In this document: positions 1 to 13,900 of the stretch, piece by piece
Layout of the letters: each line of letters starts with the position of its first letter
Numbering within the stretch: the first letter of the stretch is position 1
Assembly: GCA_030704615.1 (NCBI GenBank)
Contig: CM060731.1
Span: 44,950,001-45,014,000, forward strand
From: Takakia lepidozioides
Taxonomy: Eukaryota; Plantae; Bryophyta
DNA: 64,000 nt
Direction of reading: 5' to 3'
Notes under the pieces: model-generated
What the model was told of the DNA's origin: nothing
Seen by the model: the letters and a program-made list of their open reading frames with translations, nothing else
Database searches by the model: none
Program-made: the position numbers and the translations under genes

Positions 1-2255
1 GCTGCACCGGCAGTTTCAGCAAGCAGCAGTGGGACTAGTGGGACTGGTGGTACCGTAGCTACGACATCCACCCAAGCCACTACCGCACCAGCACCAGTAC
101 CCGTGCCTGCCTTCAACCCTGTTGTGGAGTTCTTCGAAGAGTTGAGAGGGACCTATCAAGGGGTGAGGACAGAGAAGTTGCGGAGCTTGCAAGAGTTCCA
201 ACGGAAGCCTACTAAGAGCTTGAGGGAGGCTTTCACTCGCATGAGGCGCTTGATAAATGTAACCCAAGGGGTTACGGAAGCTCAGGCAGTCCAATTCTGG
301 TATGGGATATTGGACAAGGAGTTGAGGAGAAGGATGCGGGATGCAACTCTCCTACAAGCGGCCCAACCCACCTTAGCAAATGTGTTTTTGCTGGTAGAGC
401 GGATAGAGCTCAACATGGTGGGGGAACGAATGGTCATGGTGGGATTTGCTAAGGAGACACCACGGGGTAGTGATGCTTCTAGCCAACCACTACCTCAACG
501 TGCTCAAGGCAACAAGGGGGCTCAAGTGAAGCTCAGGGAAGGACAGAGAGGACCTCAGATGCACGGGTCTCTCCCTTCATTTGCAAGCCAACAACGGGCA
601 GAGGTGGTGTGTTGGACATGTGGAGGACCCCATGTCAAGAAGGATTGCCCAGAGGGAGGCAAAGGGTCGGCACATGCACAGCCTGCACAGTTGCAGTGTG
701 GGCATTGTGGCAAACACGGGCATGGAGAGGCCCAGTGTTATGGTTTGCATCCTGAGTTGCGCCCAGGCCAGTTCCAAGGGAACAATGGTGGCCGGGGGCG
801 AGGTGGAGCAGCCCAGGGAGGACGAGGTGGCCAGGCACAAGGTGCAGGCCAAAGATAAGCTCAACATGGCCAAGGATGCGGAGGTCAGGGTGTTGACCAA
901 GGCATGGCCAACCGGCTTCAGCAGCTAGAGCAGATGCTCGCTGCCATGGCTACAGCTCAGGTGGTACCGGCTCCAAGGCCGGATGGTCCACCTCTTGCTC
1001 CTGATGGAGGAGATATGGGAGACATGGGATTCATGTACGGGGCAACACTACCACTAGTGCAAGTAGAGTCGGCGGGCGGCAGTAACCCGAGGAGCAGCAC
1101 GAGTTCCTGAGCCACAAGGTTCAAGTGTGGAGTTGGATCCACAGCGTGGGGAGGCAAGCCATCAGGCTAGGCTTCCTCAGTCATTCACATTGGCAGAGAC
1201 AGTGTCGACGCCATCCATGGCACCTAGTTCTCGCCCGACTGTTACCGAGGCGGAGGTTACTATGCCATTGGGAAGAGCTACACGGGCAGCAACACTACTT
1301 AATGTTGCCAAGGCTACGGCAGCTAGTGTACTGCTGGGAGCGGCCATATCTGTGTGCAAGGCTCCATTGTTCTCGACTATCATGATTGCGACGCCGGGGA
1401 TAAGACCAGCTAAGATGTTCAGGCTGGCAGCTACACTCTGTGAGAGTGGGGATGTTACTTCATCTTCTGCGGAGATAGTGGGAGGTGTAGTGCCGGAGGG
1501 ATCCTCGGATTTGAGGGTCAAGACTGCCACGGCGGCGCCATGGCAAGCTATAACTGCCAGGTTGATGGAGCTGCCAGCTAGGCCAGCCATTGAGCGCGCC
1601 ATGGTGACACCTGGAGTTGTCATGTTAGACAACCATGATGACATTTTCTGTTTGAGTGGACCGGCAGGCAAGAGGTACCGGCCACTGCAGGTCTTGTTGG
1701 ACTCAGGAGCTCAGCCATTGATGCTGGGCAGAGCTGCTATTGCAGGCTTGGGCCTCACGGAGGCGGATATGGAGCCTTGTCCTTCCCAGATACAGACGTC
1801 TCTGGGAGGATCGGAGCAGGCTCGGGGCATGACACGGCGTGAATTGGCTATCAGACTACGGCCGGATCACCCTACAGATGGCTTAGTGATGCGAGCCAAG
1901 GCCATTGTGACAGACGCGGTCTCGTACGATGGTTGGTGGGGCAATGTTGTACCCTATGGGCTTCACCCTGGATTTTTGGGAGGAGCCAGCTTCCTATAGG
2001 CCTGGATGGCAGTTAGGGGAGGGTCGGCTTGTGCAGCTCCCTGTGACATTCATAGGAGGAGTTGCGGTTGCCCAGCGAGGCAAGATGCCGACACTAGCAG
2101 CATTCACAGCTGTAGTGAGTTGGCCTGGAGAGTTGCTTGAGGGCAACGCTCATTCAGAGGACGTGTCACCTCTGGGAGAGCAGGATGACATACATGGTAT
2201 GGCGGAGTTGCTTGCCATGATTGCTCAGACTCCATTGTGGGGCACGAGCAAGGAT
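1..2255 (+). mobile_element. Ty3/Gypsy-like gag-protease fragment, degenerate, running off the left edge and truncated at the 3' end
   Basis: ORF 103..858 has a gag-like core (FQRKPTKSLREAFTRM) and two CCHC knuckles (CWTCGGPHVKKDC, CGHCGKHGHGEAQC). ORF 1127..1999 has the aspartic protease motif LLDSGAQ. Stops and frameshifts lie between the ORFs, and no RT follows. Confidence 0.8.
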
Positions 2256-3241
2256 TTGCCTTACGTGAAGTTGGAAACACAACTTCTTGGTCTACCTTCA
2301 GACCAAAAGATCATTTGGCTCATTGATTGTTGGAGTGTGCACATGTTTGCAGAGTTTAAAGCGTACATGCGGGATAATTACCCAAACATTTGTGTGTTAT
2401 ATATTCCTGCCAATTGCACTTCTAAGCTACAGCCTGCCGATGTGATCTTGCAACGACCTCTCAAGTGTGCTTTTGTTGCACTATTCAAGACATGGTCATC
2501 ACGTGAAATCCAATCGCAATTGGAAGCATGTGTGCCCGCTAAAGAGGTAGAGGTGAAGACAGACTTGCCTTCCATGCGTGAACATGTAGCAATTTGGATG
2601 TGGGAGGCTTGGGTGCAGGTGCATATAAACATGATTGTCTCTGGGTGGGAACAATATGGGATTTTACGGGCTTTTGAGCACACTTTCCAGGGAGAAGCTA
2701 TGCGAGCAAATTTTGTTCACAATTTGTTTGCAGTGAATGATGATTTGGTTGAAGTCACTCAGGATATCCTTGATATCTACCTTGACCTTAGTGTAGAGGA
2801 AACTATGTGTAGATGTCTTGCAAATCTGCACATTGAAAATGAGGATGTCCCTAATCTCAATGTGGTGGACGAGGTAGATGGAGAGATCATGATGATTAGC
2901 GAGGAGGATGAATATGATGACATTGTTGAGTCCATGTAGGGGCCTTTTGAAGTTACATGGAGCTCTCCCAAATAGATTGCGATTTGTAGGAAGTTATTTT
3001 CGCACGCATATATTTGTATTGATTTTTGTTCAATGAAACTTTCATCTTTTTTCATCTTATTTTCATCTTATTACGAACAACATGAGAAGAGGCTTGCAAG
3101 TTTTTTGCTGGAAATTTTAGGAATTAGGCACTTTGGCCCAATAGTTTCCGAAGAATTAGGCCAAAATCTGAAAAATTCACAGAATTGGTTAAGCACTTTC
3201 ATTTTGAATTAATTATCACCTAAACGGTTGTCCAGGGACGG
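2256..3241 (+). mobile_element. 3' part of a pogo/Tigger-type (DDE_1) DNA transposon, with a probable right end at ...GGGACGG|TA
   Basis: The C-terminal part of ORF 1929..2939 reads IIWLIDCWSVH...VLYIPANCTSKLQPADV...RPLK, the DDE_1 signature, followed by an acidic tail. AT-rich sequence follows and ends before TA at 3242-3243. The right end is inferred. Confidence 0.75.
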
Positions 3242-3291
3242 TAAAAGCACTAGGTATGGGATATTTCAGGCCCAATGAGATTGCACCATGT

Positions 3292-3462
3292 AGTGGCGAG
3301 AATACTCCACAACTTGCTTTTGACGCCAGTGAACGGCCTGGGCCCGACTCTGCCCTGTGCGCGGCTACAGGGCTCGGCCTAACGGCCTGGCCGCATACAG
3401 GGCAGAATCGGCCCTACCTGGCCCGTTCTCTGGTAATACTAGGGCTATTGCTCCGCACCACT
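3292..3462. repeat. ~170-bp imperfect GC-rich inverted repeat (MITE-like or long hairpin)
   Basis: CCAGTGAACGGCCTGGGCCCGACTCTGCCCTGTGCGCGGC pairs with the downstream GCCGCATACAGGGCAGAATCGGCCCTACCTGGCCCGTTCTCTGG. The outer arms are AGTGGCGAGAATA and TATTGCTCCGCACCACT. Confidence 0.7.
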
Positions 3463-3861
3463 TAGTGAGGACTTTGAGAACAATGTTCTTTTTTGTTGGA
3501 AATATATTTTATTCGAAAAACAATAGGCACAATGTAGCTTTGTGGAGAAAAAAGAGGTACTGAAACAACCCACTCTTAATCCTCCCACATTGTCTACGGC
3601 AGTTAAAAAAGGAGTAGCAGGAGGAAAGGCAGGAAAGGCAGTAGCAAATCAGGGTGCTGAAATGTTAGGTACGCTACCAGGCATATACACAAAAACAGCA
3701 AGAGCTCTGCCCCACTGTTCCTTCCCTTCGAGTGTGTATGACATATGGCTTGGTCAAACTTTTACAATAATTCTCCATCTGTAGATTATAATTTGAAGGG
3801 TCCTGGGATAAGGATGGATACCACATCAAATATAGCCAGTAGATTCCAACGAAGTAAGCAG

Positions 3862-5958
3862 TCAAAGAGGGTACACTTGGATGCCATTGGACTTGGATAT
3901 TGGCCTTTTAAACTTCCTCTCCAGTGGAGGTTCATCCTTCTTCAAAGATATGGCCTCAGACAGCTTGAAGATCCTCTGCAGCCTGTTCCTCGTTGAACTC
4001 TGCACTGAGCAGCTAAATCTCCCTCCTGCAGCCAGACGGCCCCCAAATTCTGTATCATTTGTCGGAGTTTCAGCCATCCCAATACTGTGCTCACCAGTAT
4101 TTTTAGGATTACTGAACTCCACTGTTTGGCTCTTCTCTCCATCGCTGTTTATCGCATGTGACCTCTGTCGGTGAGTTACAATAAAATCTTTCCCAAGCTT
4201 CTGCCCATTCATCGTACTGGATGGCTGTTCAGCTCTAAAGGGTCCGGCGTTTGAAGCCAGATCCCTAGAATGTTGGGTGCCTTCACCAAACCTATGGTCA
4301 CCATGAAGTAGTAACTCGACTGTCGTCCCAATTTCTCCATTTCTGCCTGCCATGTTTGGCTCTGCTCGGTGATCTCTGCCTGACTTTTCAAGGGGACTCC
4401 CTTGCCTCTTTTGTGTATTCTTCAAGCCGATGTGCTCTGGCCTATAATAGTTTGGCTTCTCTGTAGGATCAGTGCAAATCTCTCTCGGGGGCCAGCTCTT
4501 GGTGCTCGCACCAGTCCGATCGTCAGCATGACCTGTTGACCCTATGTCCTTTGGCCTAGCTTGTTTTCCTGCGAGAGTAAGCTCACAAGTCTCAGACAGC
4601 TCTTCCAGTTCTCCTTTTCCTCCATTGGTGTGACCTACCACTGCCAGCCCCACTTTGGAATGTCCCTTCAAGGAGTTCGATTGCCTTTTCCGTTTGTACT
4701 CAGCGCAATTTGGAATTGCTGTGAGAGTTAGACTTTCACCTACAACCTTGTCTGTCCCGGATTTGACGGGCTGTTCATCTTCCTCATCGCTAGTGTCAAG
4801 AATCTGCAAGTACTCTTGACCGTCGGTTGTGGAGCGCTTTACGCAGTACAGTTCCAGAGGCTGTTCTGCCACGGAGGAGGGCTTGGAGTTTTTCAGGCCA
4901 TCTGTTTCGTGTGTGGATATCCCACTACCAGCTTTGAATAGAGCCTTGGCACAGTCCACCTCCTCGGTTATGCTGTCTGTTCGAAATGGTGAGTCGATCT
5001 CCTCGCTCTCCTCGGAGGTTAATCCCATCTTGTTTTCTTGGGAGGTGGTTTTGTGGACAGCATTGAGCCCCTTTTTGTTTGCATGTAGCTTAAGATATTC
5101 AACTTCAGATACATATGGGCCAGAGTTAATCGCATTGCGAGCACTAGCCTTCTCTTTTCCGGCTTTGTCACAGACACGGACGACAAAGTGTGAGGTTGCG
5201 ATGAGCACGAACTCCAGCTCGTCTCCCTTTTCCAGGCCATGGTCAAATGCAAATTCTCTCCAACCTTGGTTGATGCAAGGGTGGGATTTGGGGTAGGGTC
5301 GGACCAAGTTTGCCTGCCATATGCCTCGACTCGGGCCTTGCAAGCTGATATCACCTGGTTGCAGGTCTCTATTATGGTTCGTCATAAACCCAGGCGGTAG
5401 CCACTGTCATGTCAAACGAAGAATCAAATTAGCATCACACCAAAGCCTAGCACATTCCTCTGAACGTTTCACACAGAGAGGAGCCAAAAGGTTAGATTCA
5501 TGGGCCCGGCTGAGGCCATTCTGATGGGGAAGCCACCTGTAGAATGTTGGTGAGCCCGGTAGTTGATGCTGACATCCCAGAGGAAACTCCAGAGGTCATT
5601 CCTTGAAATAAAAGGCCTCTAACATACAAAGGAAAAATCAGCATCAGCCCTTTACTACTCCAGAACCAAAGTTTCGATATAAACTGCAGTCTCATCACAT
5701 ACAGTTGGTTTGTAAGTCAAGAATGAGACGTCCTTGTTATTCTGCGCCTACCACTCGCACCCTCCACTAGGATGGTATACTTACAACTTTGCAGTACTGC
5801 GCAGTGTGCAAATGGCTTTCATTTATTCTCCTGATGAAGCATGGAAATCCATGTCTGTATATCCCCTTCCTTGCTCTCTGTAGCAGTTGTTCGCATATCT
5901 GAGCTGGACTGACGTGTGGAGTGTATTTGTAGTGCACAACGGCCTTGCTGCGCGCCAT
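3862..5958 (-). CDS. B3 DNA-binding domain protein (REM/VRN1-like); exons 5958-5785 and 5403-3862, further exons possible
   Basis: The spliced reading gives ...FPCFIRRINESHLHTAQYCKV|WLPPGFMTNH...ISLQGPSRGIWQANL...INQGWREFAFDHGLEKGDELEFVLIATSHFVVRV, a B3 domain. The donor GTAAGT (5784) and acceptor CAG (5404-5406) join in phase 0. A long low-complexity C-terminal region follows. Confidence 0.85.
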
Positions 5959-6103
5959 CTGCACTTGTAAAAATAGAAAGACTTTTTCAAGTATGCAAAC
6001 AATCCGGAGGAAGTGCGTAACAGTTAGACCTGTGTTTCAGAAGTGTGTAAGTGAGATCTAGCTAGAAGAAAGACGGAAAGAAAGAAGTGTTTTACGTGCG
6101 GGA

Positions 6104-6417
6104 GGCTCAAAGAGAGAGTCTCACTTAGACATCAAGAGGATCGTCCACGACTGGTCCATGTGAACCTCGTGAGTGTACCTCCAAGAGAACTTGTCCTCGA
6201 GCACTGTCAATACTTGTCCTGAGCACTGCATTTGAGACTGAAGGTGTGCTGACCGAGCAACAACCACAAATGGGGCTCAAAGAGAGAGTGTCACTTAGAC
6301 ATCCAGAGGACCGTGCACCACTGGTCAATGTGACACTCGTGAGTGTACCTGCAAGAGAACCTGTCCTGCATTAACACTCAAGGTATGCTGATCGAGCTAC
6401 AACCACAATGGGGCTCC
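6104..6417. repeat. Diverged tandem duplication (~170-bp and ~140-bp units) upstream of the B3 coding exons
   Basis: GGCTCAAAGAGAGAGT(C/G)TCACTTAGACATC...CTCGTGAGTGTACCT...ACAACCACAA(A)TGGGGCTC starts at 6104 and again at 6274. Confidence 0.85.
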
Positions 6418-7939
6418 AAGATAGTTAGGTGCCCCGTGGTTTGGTTCGACTTGCTTACACTTCCCTGGGTCCCAGCATTAAGTGTCATGGCATTTCTCGC
6501 CTGCAGGATTTTGGTCTTTGCCATGGTGAAAGCCTGGAGATCGGGGCCAGCCCTCTATGCTTCACGAGATGAATGAATGATGCGTGTGAGAACCGAGAAG
6601 GGCTCTTCTTCACGTAGCAGTTGCATCACTCCGGGTTGTGATTCTGGCTCGCAAAGGAGCCATTTCTCTGACATGTTCATAAGACACGGCTTTGGAGGTT
6701 GGAGATGGCAATGAAGAGTTTCCAGTTGGCTCTGAAGAACAGGGCCGGAGAGAAAGTAATGATGAAAGAACTGATGGGTTGCCTCGTTGCCTCCACTTTC
6801 TGTATTGTGCAATCCTATCCTTGATCAGCTGTATGTTTAAGACATCTGGCTATCTTCGACTCGTGTAAGATTAAACTCCCATCTGAGAGGCCAGGGAATC
6901 AGCAAGTCTGTGGACTAACTATCAAATGCTAAATGCTGTGAGGTGCATAGTGCCATGTCTTTCTGTACAGGGGGATAGTGAGAAACACTTCCCATTGAAT
7001 ATAACAGGATGTGGTGTAGGAAGAGAGATCCATGTCTTCTGCCTTCAGTCTCACCAAATCTCACAGCCAGTGATATCTGGGCGACCAATGATTGGAAAGC
7101 CACTTCTGGTCGGATGTCTTTGAGATGGAGAGTATACAGGAGAATAGACAGGCTCCTCCATCAAGTTATATATCGCAAAGAAGAGAGATGGGGGTTGGGG
7201 ATTATTTGAGCAGATAGAGTCAGCAGGGAGGCGGTTGGCTTCTAAGTATGTGATTTACTCTGCACGGTTTGACTTTCCGAAGTTCTAAAACCTGATGGTC
7301 CAGACCACCAAACTGAAAAACTCAACAGATCCACGGTAGTTTGCACATGTCTGCATGTGCGGGGTTGCTAACTGAATTGATAACTGGGAAAAAATGCACG
7401 TGTAAACAGTAATAATTAAAGCCTCACCATCCCAAAACAAGGGCCCAATGCTTCAGTTCTGAACTCTTGGCGTACTACCAAAACCACCACCCCTCACTAA
7501 TCACGATAAAAGGTTTTGACCACACTGGCAGAAACCAAGAGTTTTTATCAAACAACTATAAATCAGCCCATCATAAGAGACGCGCATTGAGACGTCACTT
7601 GGCTCTCAAACGCATGTGAGCAAAGAATTGATTCGAAAAAGAACCCCACTTCTTCCCCCAAATTCTTGATCATACTCCATCTCACAACCTCGTGAAAAGC
7701 TGGCCAGTTTAAGCTGGCCCTCCACCACGTTCTCCCTGTTCACCAATGGGAGCCACAGGAAATCCTACCTATAGGTATCGACCTACGATAGTCCACACGA
7801 ATTGCAAATGTAACATGACCTGCTTCTCTCTATCTATCTTTTTCTCTCCACAAAAGAAAATGCTCCAAGGAGAAATGCCCCCAAATGATGAGGTACAATA
7901 ATTTTGCAGTAGAAGATAATTTTACTGAACAGTGTGGCC

Positions 7940-10900
7940 CTAAGCGTAGTACATGTACAAGCTGTTGGATGCGGCGCAGGCAATCACGTTTGCTCCTGGA
8001 TGCCATGCTAAATGCAGCAGCTTTGATGTAAAATCATAGGCCCCACCATTCAGTTCTGTTGATCCTGCGCTCTCGCTTCCTGAAACTGATTCAACAAAAG
8101 AGGATGTAGATCAGTTTCACTACACCTGAGCTCAAAACTGACTTCAATTGCAAGATTGAGACATGTGTTCTTATTTCCTAACAATTTCGTACCATTGACT
8201 ATGATGTACTCCAACCAGAACAGCAACCCTAGCATAGCAAGTCAACAGTGTATGATCTGACAGAGACTGTGTGAGAGAAAAACTAGAAGACAAACCTCGG
8301 CGGTTGTCACGTTTGCCACGGGCAAGACTGACAAGTCTGCTTCCAGGCTTTGAGGGAGGTGTCACAAGCCGCCTTCTGTGTTGACTCCCCCCGCAAAACA
8401 CCCACCCAGATACAACCCACCAGCGATTCATTCCCCCATTTAGTAGGTGCTTTATCAGGTCTACCACTCTATCACTTGCACCAACTATGTGACTATCCAC
8501 TGCAAAGTTGTCTTGAATTCCTCTTTGTATCTTTCTCTCTCCCATGCCCTCTCAGAAATAAAAATCCTCACCTGACTCCCATGGCGCACTACAGACATAA
8601 GAGGTAATGGAAAATGTGAGCCAAGTTCCTGAACACATAAGCGACAAAGGTGAACTGTCCTATGCAAGATAACTAGAGAACAGGAAATGAAGCAATACCT
8701 ATTTGGGCTTTTGCTGGCTTCCAAGGTGGATGCCTCCTCACTGCCAGGAATAGCCCCAAAGACGCGAAACAAGTTGCTGCAGGAACACAGTTCCATCACA
8801 AACAAATTCTTCAATGTAAACCTCACATCAGGACCATATATATTCCCATGCCCACACTCGCTGAGTCCATCATGCACCCCTTCTCTCTGAGCTCTTCGAA
8901 TATCGATTCCTGTACTCAGATCTTATCCACTACTTTCACTTAACTCAACTACCACAATGGAGTTCACAGCGACTGGTCAAGGCATTCGGCATATACAGGA
9001 TAAACATGCATGCTACCAGCCAACTACCAGTCAACCATGCTTAGAGAGTGATCAAAGAAAGAAATAACTCAATTTCTTTAAATGGTTCCATCTGCAACTA
9101 TTTGAAAAACATTGTGCAACTGGCGTGTAGGACAAGAATAGTAGCAAAGGAGGTTACCTGTAAGAACCAGTGGCTACACGCTGGCCATCTCCACTTAGAC
9201 AACACTCGAACTTGTCGAAGATGGAGTCATTCTCATAGAGATCACATAACTGTCAATCCCCCATACAATCCCAATCAATAATCACGGTGCTCCTGACATG
9301 CCCACTCTAGTTTAATATCTTGCTGACGTTGGTGATTTGGCATGCTATACCCTTAGTTGAATTGGACAGAGCCCACTTGAACTATATTTGTTTCAAGGTT
9401 AGACCAGCAGAGAATAAATGGATTAAACTGTAGTGGTAGGGCACAACTAAGATGAACAGCAACCTGACAAAAGGCATGGAACTCACCATATGCTGACATC
9501 ACAAATGGTCAAAAATGTTTTCGTAACATCCAACAATCTTAAAAGACACCACACACAGTAACAGTCCAGGAGGAAAGTTCACACCTTAGGCCGCAAATAC
9601 TCGTGCACTTTGAAAGTGGCGACTGGAGCAGCTTCCATGTTCACATCCCACAACTGCCCCACCATCCCCCCAATGAATGAGTCCTGCAAAATCTTGCCTC
9701 ATTTGACGTGAACGAAACAGTATACTAACCGTGCCAAACATTCCCAAAGATGTGAACATCAGCTTAAGCTGGAACATTGAGTTTTACTAGTGTACCCCTC
9801 AATAGGCTGACCTACGAGTCCTTGCAGCAAAAGGCTATGACACAATAGCTTATGACGATAGCTTGCATAGTTTGCAGAGGGCCCAACCCAGTTGTTGACC
9901 CAACCATAAACTTTTGTTAAATAAAAGATTCGCAACATAGTGAAAGATCTGAAAAATGTGGTGAGCCCAACCCTGGCATAGCATCTTCGGCTCACTTGGC
10001 ATATATCAATTTAACCTGACAGAAGAACGGATGCTAACCTTGAGGGTCATGTAGTCACGGCTGAGAATGTAGCGACCACCTCTAGCAAACTTGATGTCAG
10101 AGATGGATGCGATTATCTCTGTGAAAAAAGATCTTGTCCCAGGTGGCTCTTGCTCCTCAAATCTGAATCCATTGGACAACACCATTCAGTGGTTTGCAAT
10201 ACAGCATCAAAATCTTCAGAAACACGAGAGAGCTTTACCTTAAACACCCTCCAAAACCACTCCCACAATCGCCCTCGACACATCCAGTCACCTGCTCTGA
10301 CTTCACTGGCGTTACTGCTATCTTATAAAGCACCACTGACCACCCTTAAATAGTTGGCCACTAATGAAGGGAAGCAAATCAAACTGGATTTCCTCACTGT
10401 ACCCTCACCACCTATGAGTGAGATCCCTCGACAATCTCAATGAAACCCGGCTGTGGTCAGCAAGTGTCCTCATTGCGGCAATGAGGTTGGGCCCTGTCTA
10501 GCTACACCCAGACAAATTTTGTCCATTTTCTTATTAAAATGTCTCTTGCCCCAAAGTTTCCACGGACAGAAACCCCGGGGAAGGGAACTTTTGAAGACTA
10601 ATCAGTGTGACCCACCAATGCCTGTGGAGGAGCACAATCCATGCTGTGCCAATATAATCCACATGATCTGCCAGTGGTGATCCCAATGGATTTAGATATA
10701 CAAAGCACACAAGGCCTTCTCTGCCAAAGCAAATATTTTTCTCCTCTCACTTTCGAATTACTAACAGGGGAAAAAGAGAAGGAGAGGAGAAAGTACAGCT
10801 TTGAATGTCTGTCACAGAGAGCCGACTGGCGCATATCAATGAGGCGAATTGATCCCTTGCTGCTACTGTATGCCAGCATGTTGCAGTGTGCTGGGTGAAA

Positions 10901-13900
10901 CTCTGCTGACGTGATCACCTCTGCTCTCCCACAGTCATTCACATGCCCCCAAGACTCAAAACTTAGAAACCTCCCCACCACTATAAACCCTTTCTACCAA
11001 CTTATATAAGATTTGGGCATATGTCAAACATCTGTAACACACACCAACTACTTAGGCCCTTTGGTCGCCTGTGGAAGTTAGAAGTTTCTTTCTTTGTATC
11101 TCTTCTCGCACATGTAATAAGTAACTTTATTACTATTCTCTTTCGTTCCAAAGAGGCATATCCAATGTCCAACCTCAGACAGATCCTGCTCCCTCTGAAC
11201 TGGTGTCTGCACCTAACTAGCACATTTTTGTGTGGCCATGCATTTTCCACTGAATAGAGGAATCCTACTACAAGGGGTCAGAGAGAAGGTACCTGTAAGG
11301 TCCTCCATGTTAACAGGTTTGATGTCAACAATATTAAAAATCTGATCGCTAACTTCGAGGTTCCAGAGATTTATTCTCAGGTCGTCCGCAGAAATGTATG
11401 TTTCACAATCACTGCACGACACATCCCACCTTCACAGTTAAATGGAGCACTGCAAGTGAGTGTACTGGCTGAAACCTTTGCATAGCATCACATTTCCCCC
11501 AACGTCCACAAAAAGATGACTGCCTACAACTATGTCCCTGTTTCCCGTCTATAAAATATTCAAATACGCAGGTAAAATCCATGGGCAAACAGCAATTACA
11601 ATAAGTTGTTTTAGCACATTCTCAAACCTATCTGCATTGTGTAAGATAATGCCCTGCATGTTCTACCTGTTATTGGAGATGGAGTTGATGTGGTAGGCAT
11701 GAGCATTGGCATACACTCTCCTACATCTGGCAACCAGAGCAGTCTCATTGCTCCACACCTGAATTGACAACAACATAAAACACAAACCACATTAGTGCTA
11801 CGTACTGTCGCAATAGCATCATGGTCTCTCAAGTAGCCTGAAGTATACTTCAGGAAAGTGGGTGCTTGAAATTCCTCTATGTACTTTTAATGAGAATGTT
11901 GAGATCGAAGAAACACTGTTTGAACTGATGCTTAAGCATTCCTGCCGGATTTGAGCTACCTACAGCAGGGAAGACGAGCGGGAGAGAGATAGATTATGAG
12001 CACGGGAGGGACACAGAGGGACACAGAGGGGGATATGGGACAAACCCCAGTTGTGTGCACAACCTTCAAACCACACTGTGCCATGCCTCCAAGCAAACCA
12101 GATTTCAAATCAAATATTCAACGCAGCCGCGTGGCTAACTTGAATGGGTTCAAAAGTTTTCTCGCAACCTCCTTATCAGTACATACACAAGAAAGTGAAT
12201 ATGGTTGATGGTTAACAATTATGTCTTCAAAGCACATGTTGGTCATAAAGCAATGCAAATTCTTAGGCACAGACGCACCACATTAGTCCCTTGATTCTTA
12301 TCAGACCTTGACTCCATTATCATTGCTCTGCTGCTGCCTGGATACTATCAAGATCTAGGGAGCAGGACTCAAACTGCTCATTAGTGAATTATCCTTCACA
12401 TCCAACTCGTGGACCCATGCGCCTCATACCAAGAAACCGAGTAGCTTATAACCTCAACTAGTATACAAGAAGATAGAAATGCACCTCTTGACTTGGGAAT
12501 TCTGATGTGACATGAAGAAGGAATATGGTGCGACAGTGGTAAGAAAGCAAGTACAACAATTGGATAGAGTGCGCAGCACGATGCAGGTTACAACTACCGT
12601 GGGCAAATGGAGCGTTGGGATGCCACCAGGTGGAAAAGGGAAGTCGCTGCCGATAGGGGGAAGAGACCGCCTCGCAGGCGCACCGTTCATTGCCCGTGGT
12701 GTGAAACCCTTTGGGCTAAGCACCGGACTATTAACCATAGAACTCCTGTTCCCCATTCGCGCAGCCGGATCTAAGTTTAGATTAGATACGTTCTTCAACT
12801 TCTTCTCTGAGACCTGCGAAACAATTTCACAAGCGATCAGAACTACAGGCATATTTCATGTTTGGTTTAGTGCTTTCATGGATGTAAGACTTTGCTTGAG
12901 AAATAAGTGATTTACATCTATGTGTAAATCAAGTAATGTGCAAATAACAGCTCTACCAAGGGAGACCATGAATTATTGATCAACTGACCGAAAAGCAAAG
13001 ATAAAAGCAAAAGCAAAGATAAAAGGTTGAGAGACAGAAAGCAATGCCAAAAGGCTGGCCTTCCATTGGTATCAAACAGCATACTACTACTAACTGGTAC
13101 AATTTCCCAATGCTATAGAGTAGTTAGTCTATTACAGGCGAAACAAGGGGTCAGTAATCATCTGGGAGTTCTAGGTGCCAACAGACATCCCTCCACCATG
13201 CAAATCACAATATGAAGACAAGAATAGGTTTTATGGATACAAATGTGCAAGTCTGTCTAAGGCAGAAACAGAGACACGGAAAAGAGATCTCAAGTAAAGA
13301 TACTATCAAAGATGACCAAGAGGGGTCGCTTCTGGCCTAAGATGACAGTACCTTCCAAAGTTTAATGGTTTTGTCATTTGTAGAAAGCAAAAACCGGGCA
13401 CCATTGGCAGTCTGGCACCACCTGATTTTATTGATCTTCTCTTCTATCTCCAAACTCTTCAAGTAATCAAACTGCATTCCATAAAGCAACATAATGTTAG
13501 CAAGAAAGGCATGTAGGGATTTTTATACAGTTTCCTAATCACAAATTCCTGAAACACAACCAAGAGTTGCCAGATGAAAATCTCCAGGAAAGCAATCTCC
13601 CTCTCTCTGTCTCTCTCTGTCTGTCTCTCTCTCTTGTTCCGCTCAAATTAGGCGAGGGGTCAATGGCCACAAGGCTACAGCAAACAACGTCTTACAGGTA
13701 CATGCTCTCTCTCTCTCTCTAGGTTCCTGTACCTCTGTTTACCAACTTTGGAAATCTCGAGGCTGAGCCAAAAGCCCAGGCCCTTTTGGGGTCTAGTTAT
13801 TTGGGCAAATCACATACAGTAGATTGATGTTTATGTGAAGGGATTTCTAGAGGATATCTGGAAAACTCAGATCAATTCCCTGTTTCAAGGTAAGTCATAC

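Noticed and set aside
3881-5524. Plus-strand ORFs opposite the B3 gene, and similar short antisense ORFs opposite gag-pol and the transposases
   Set aside because: These are shadow frames of real coding sequence with no recognisable motifs.
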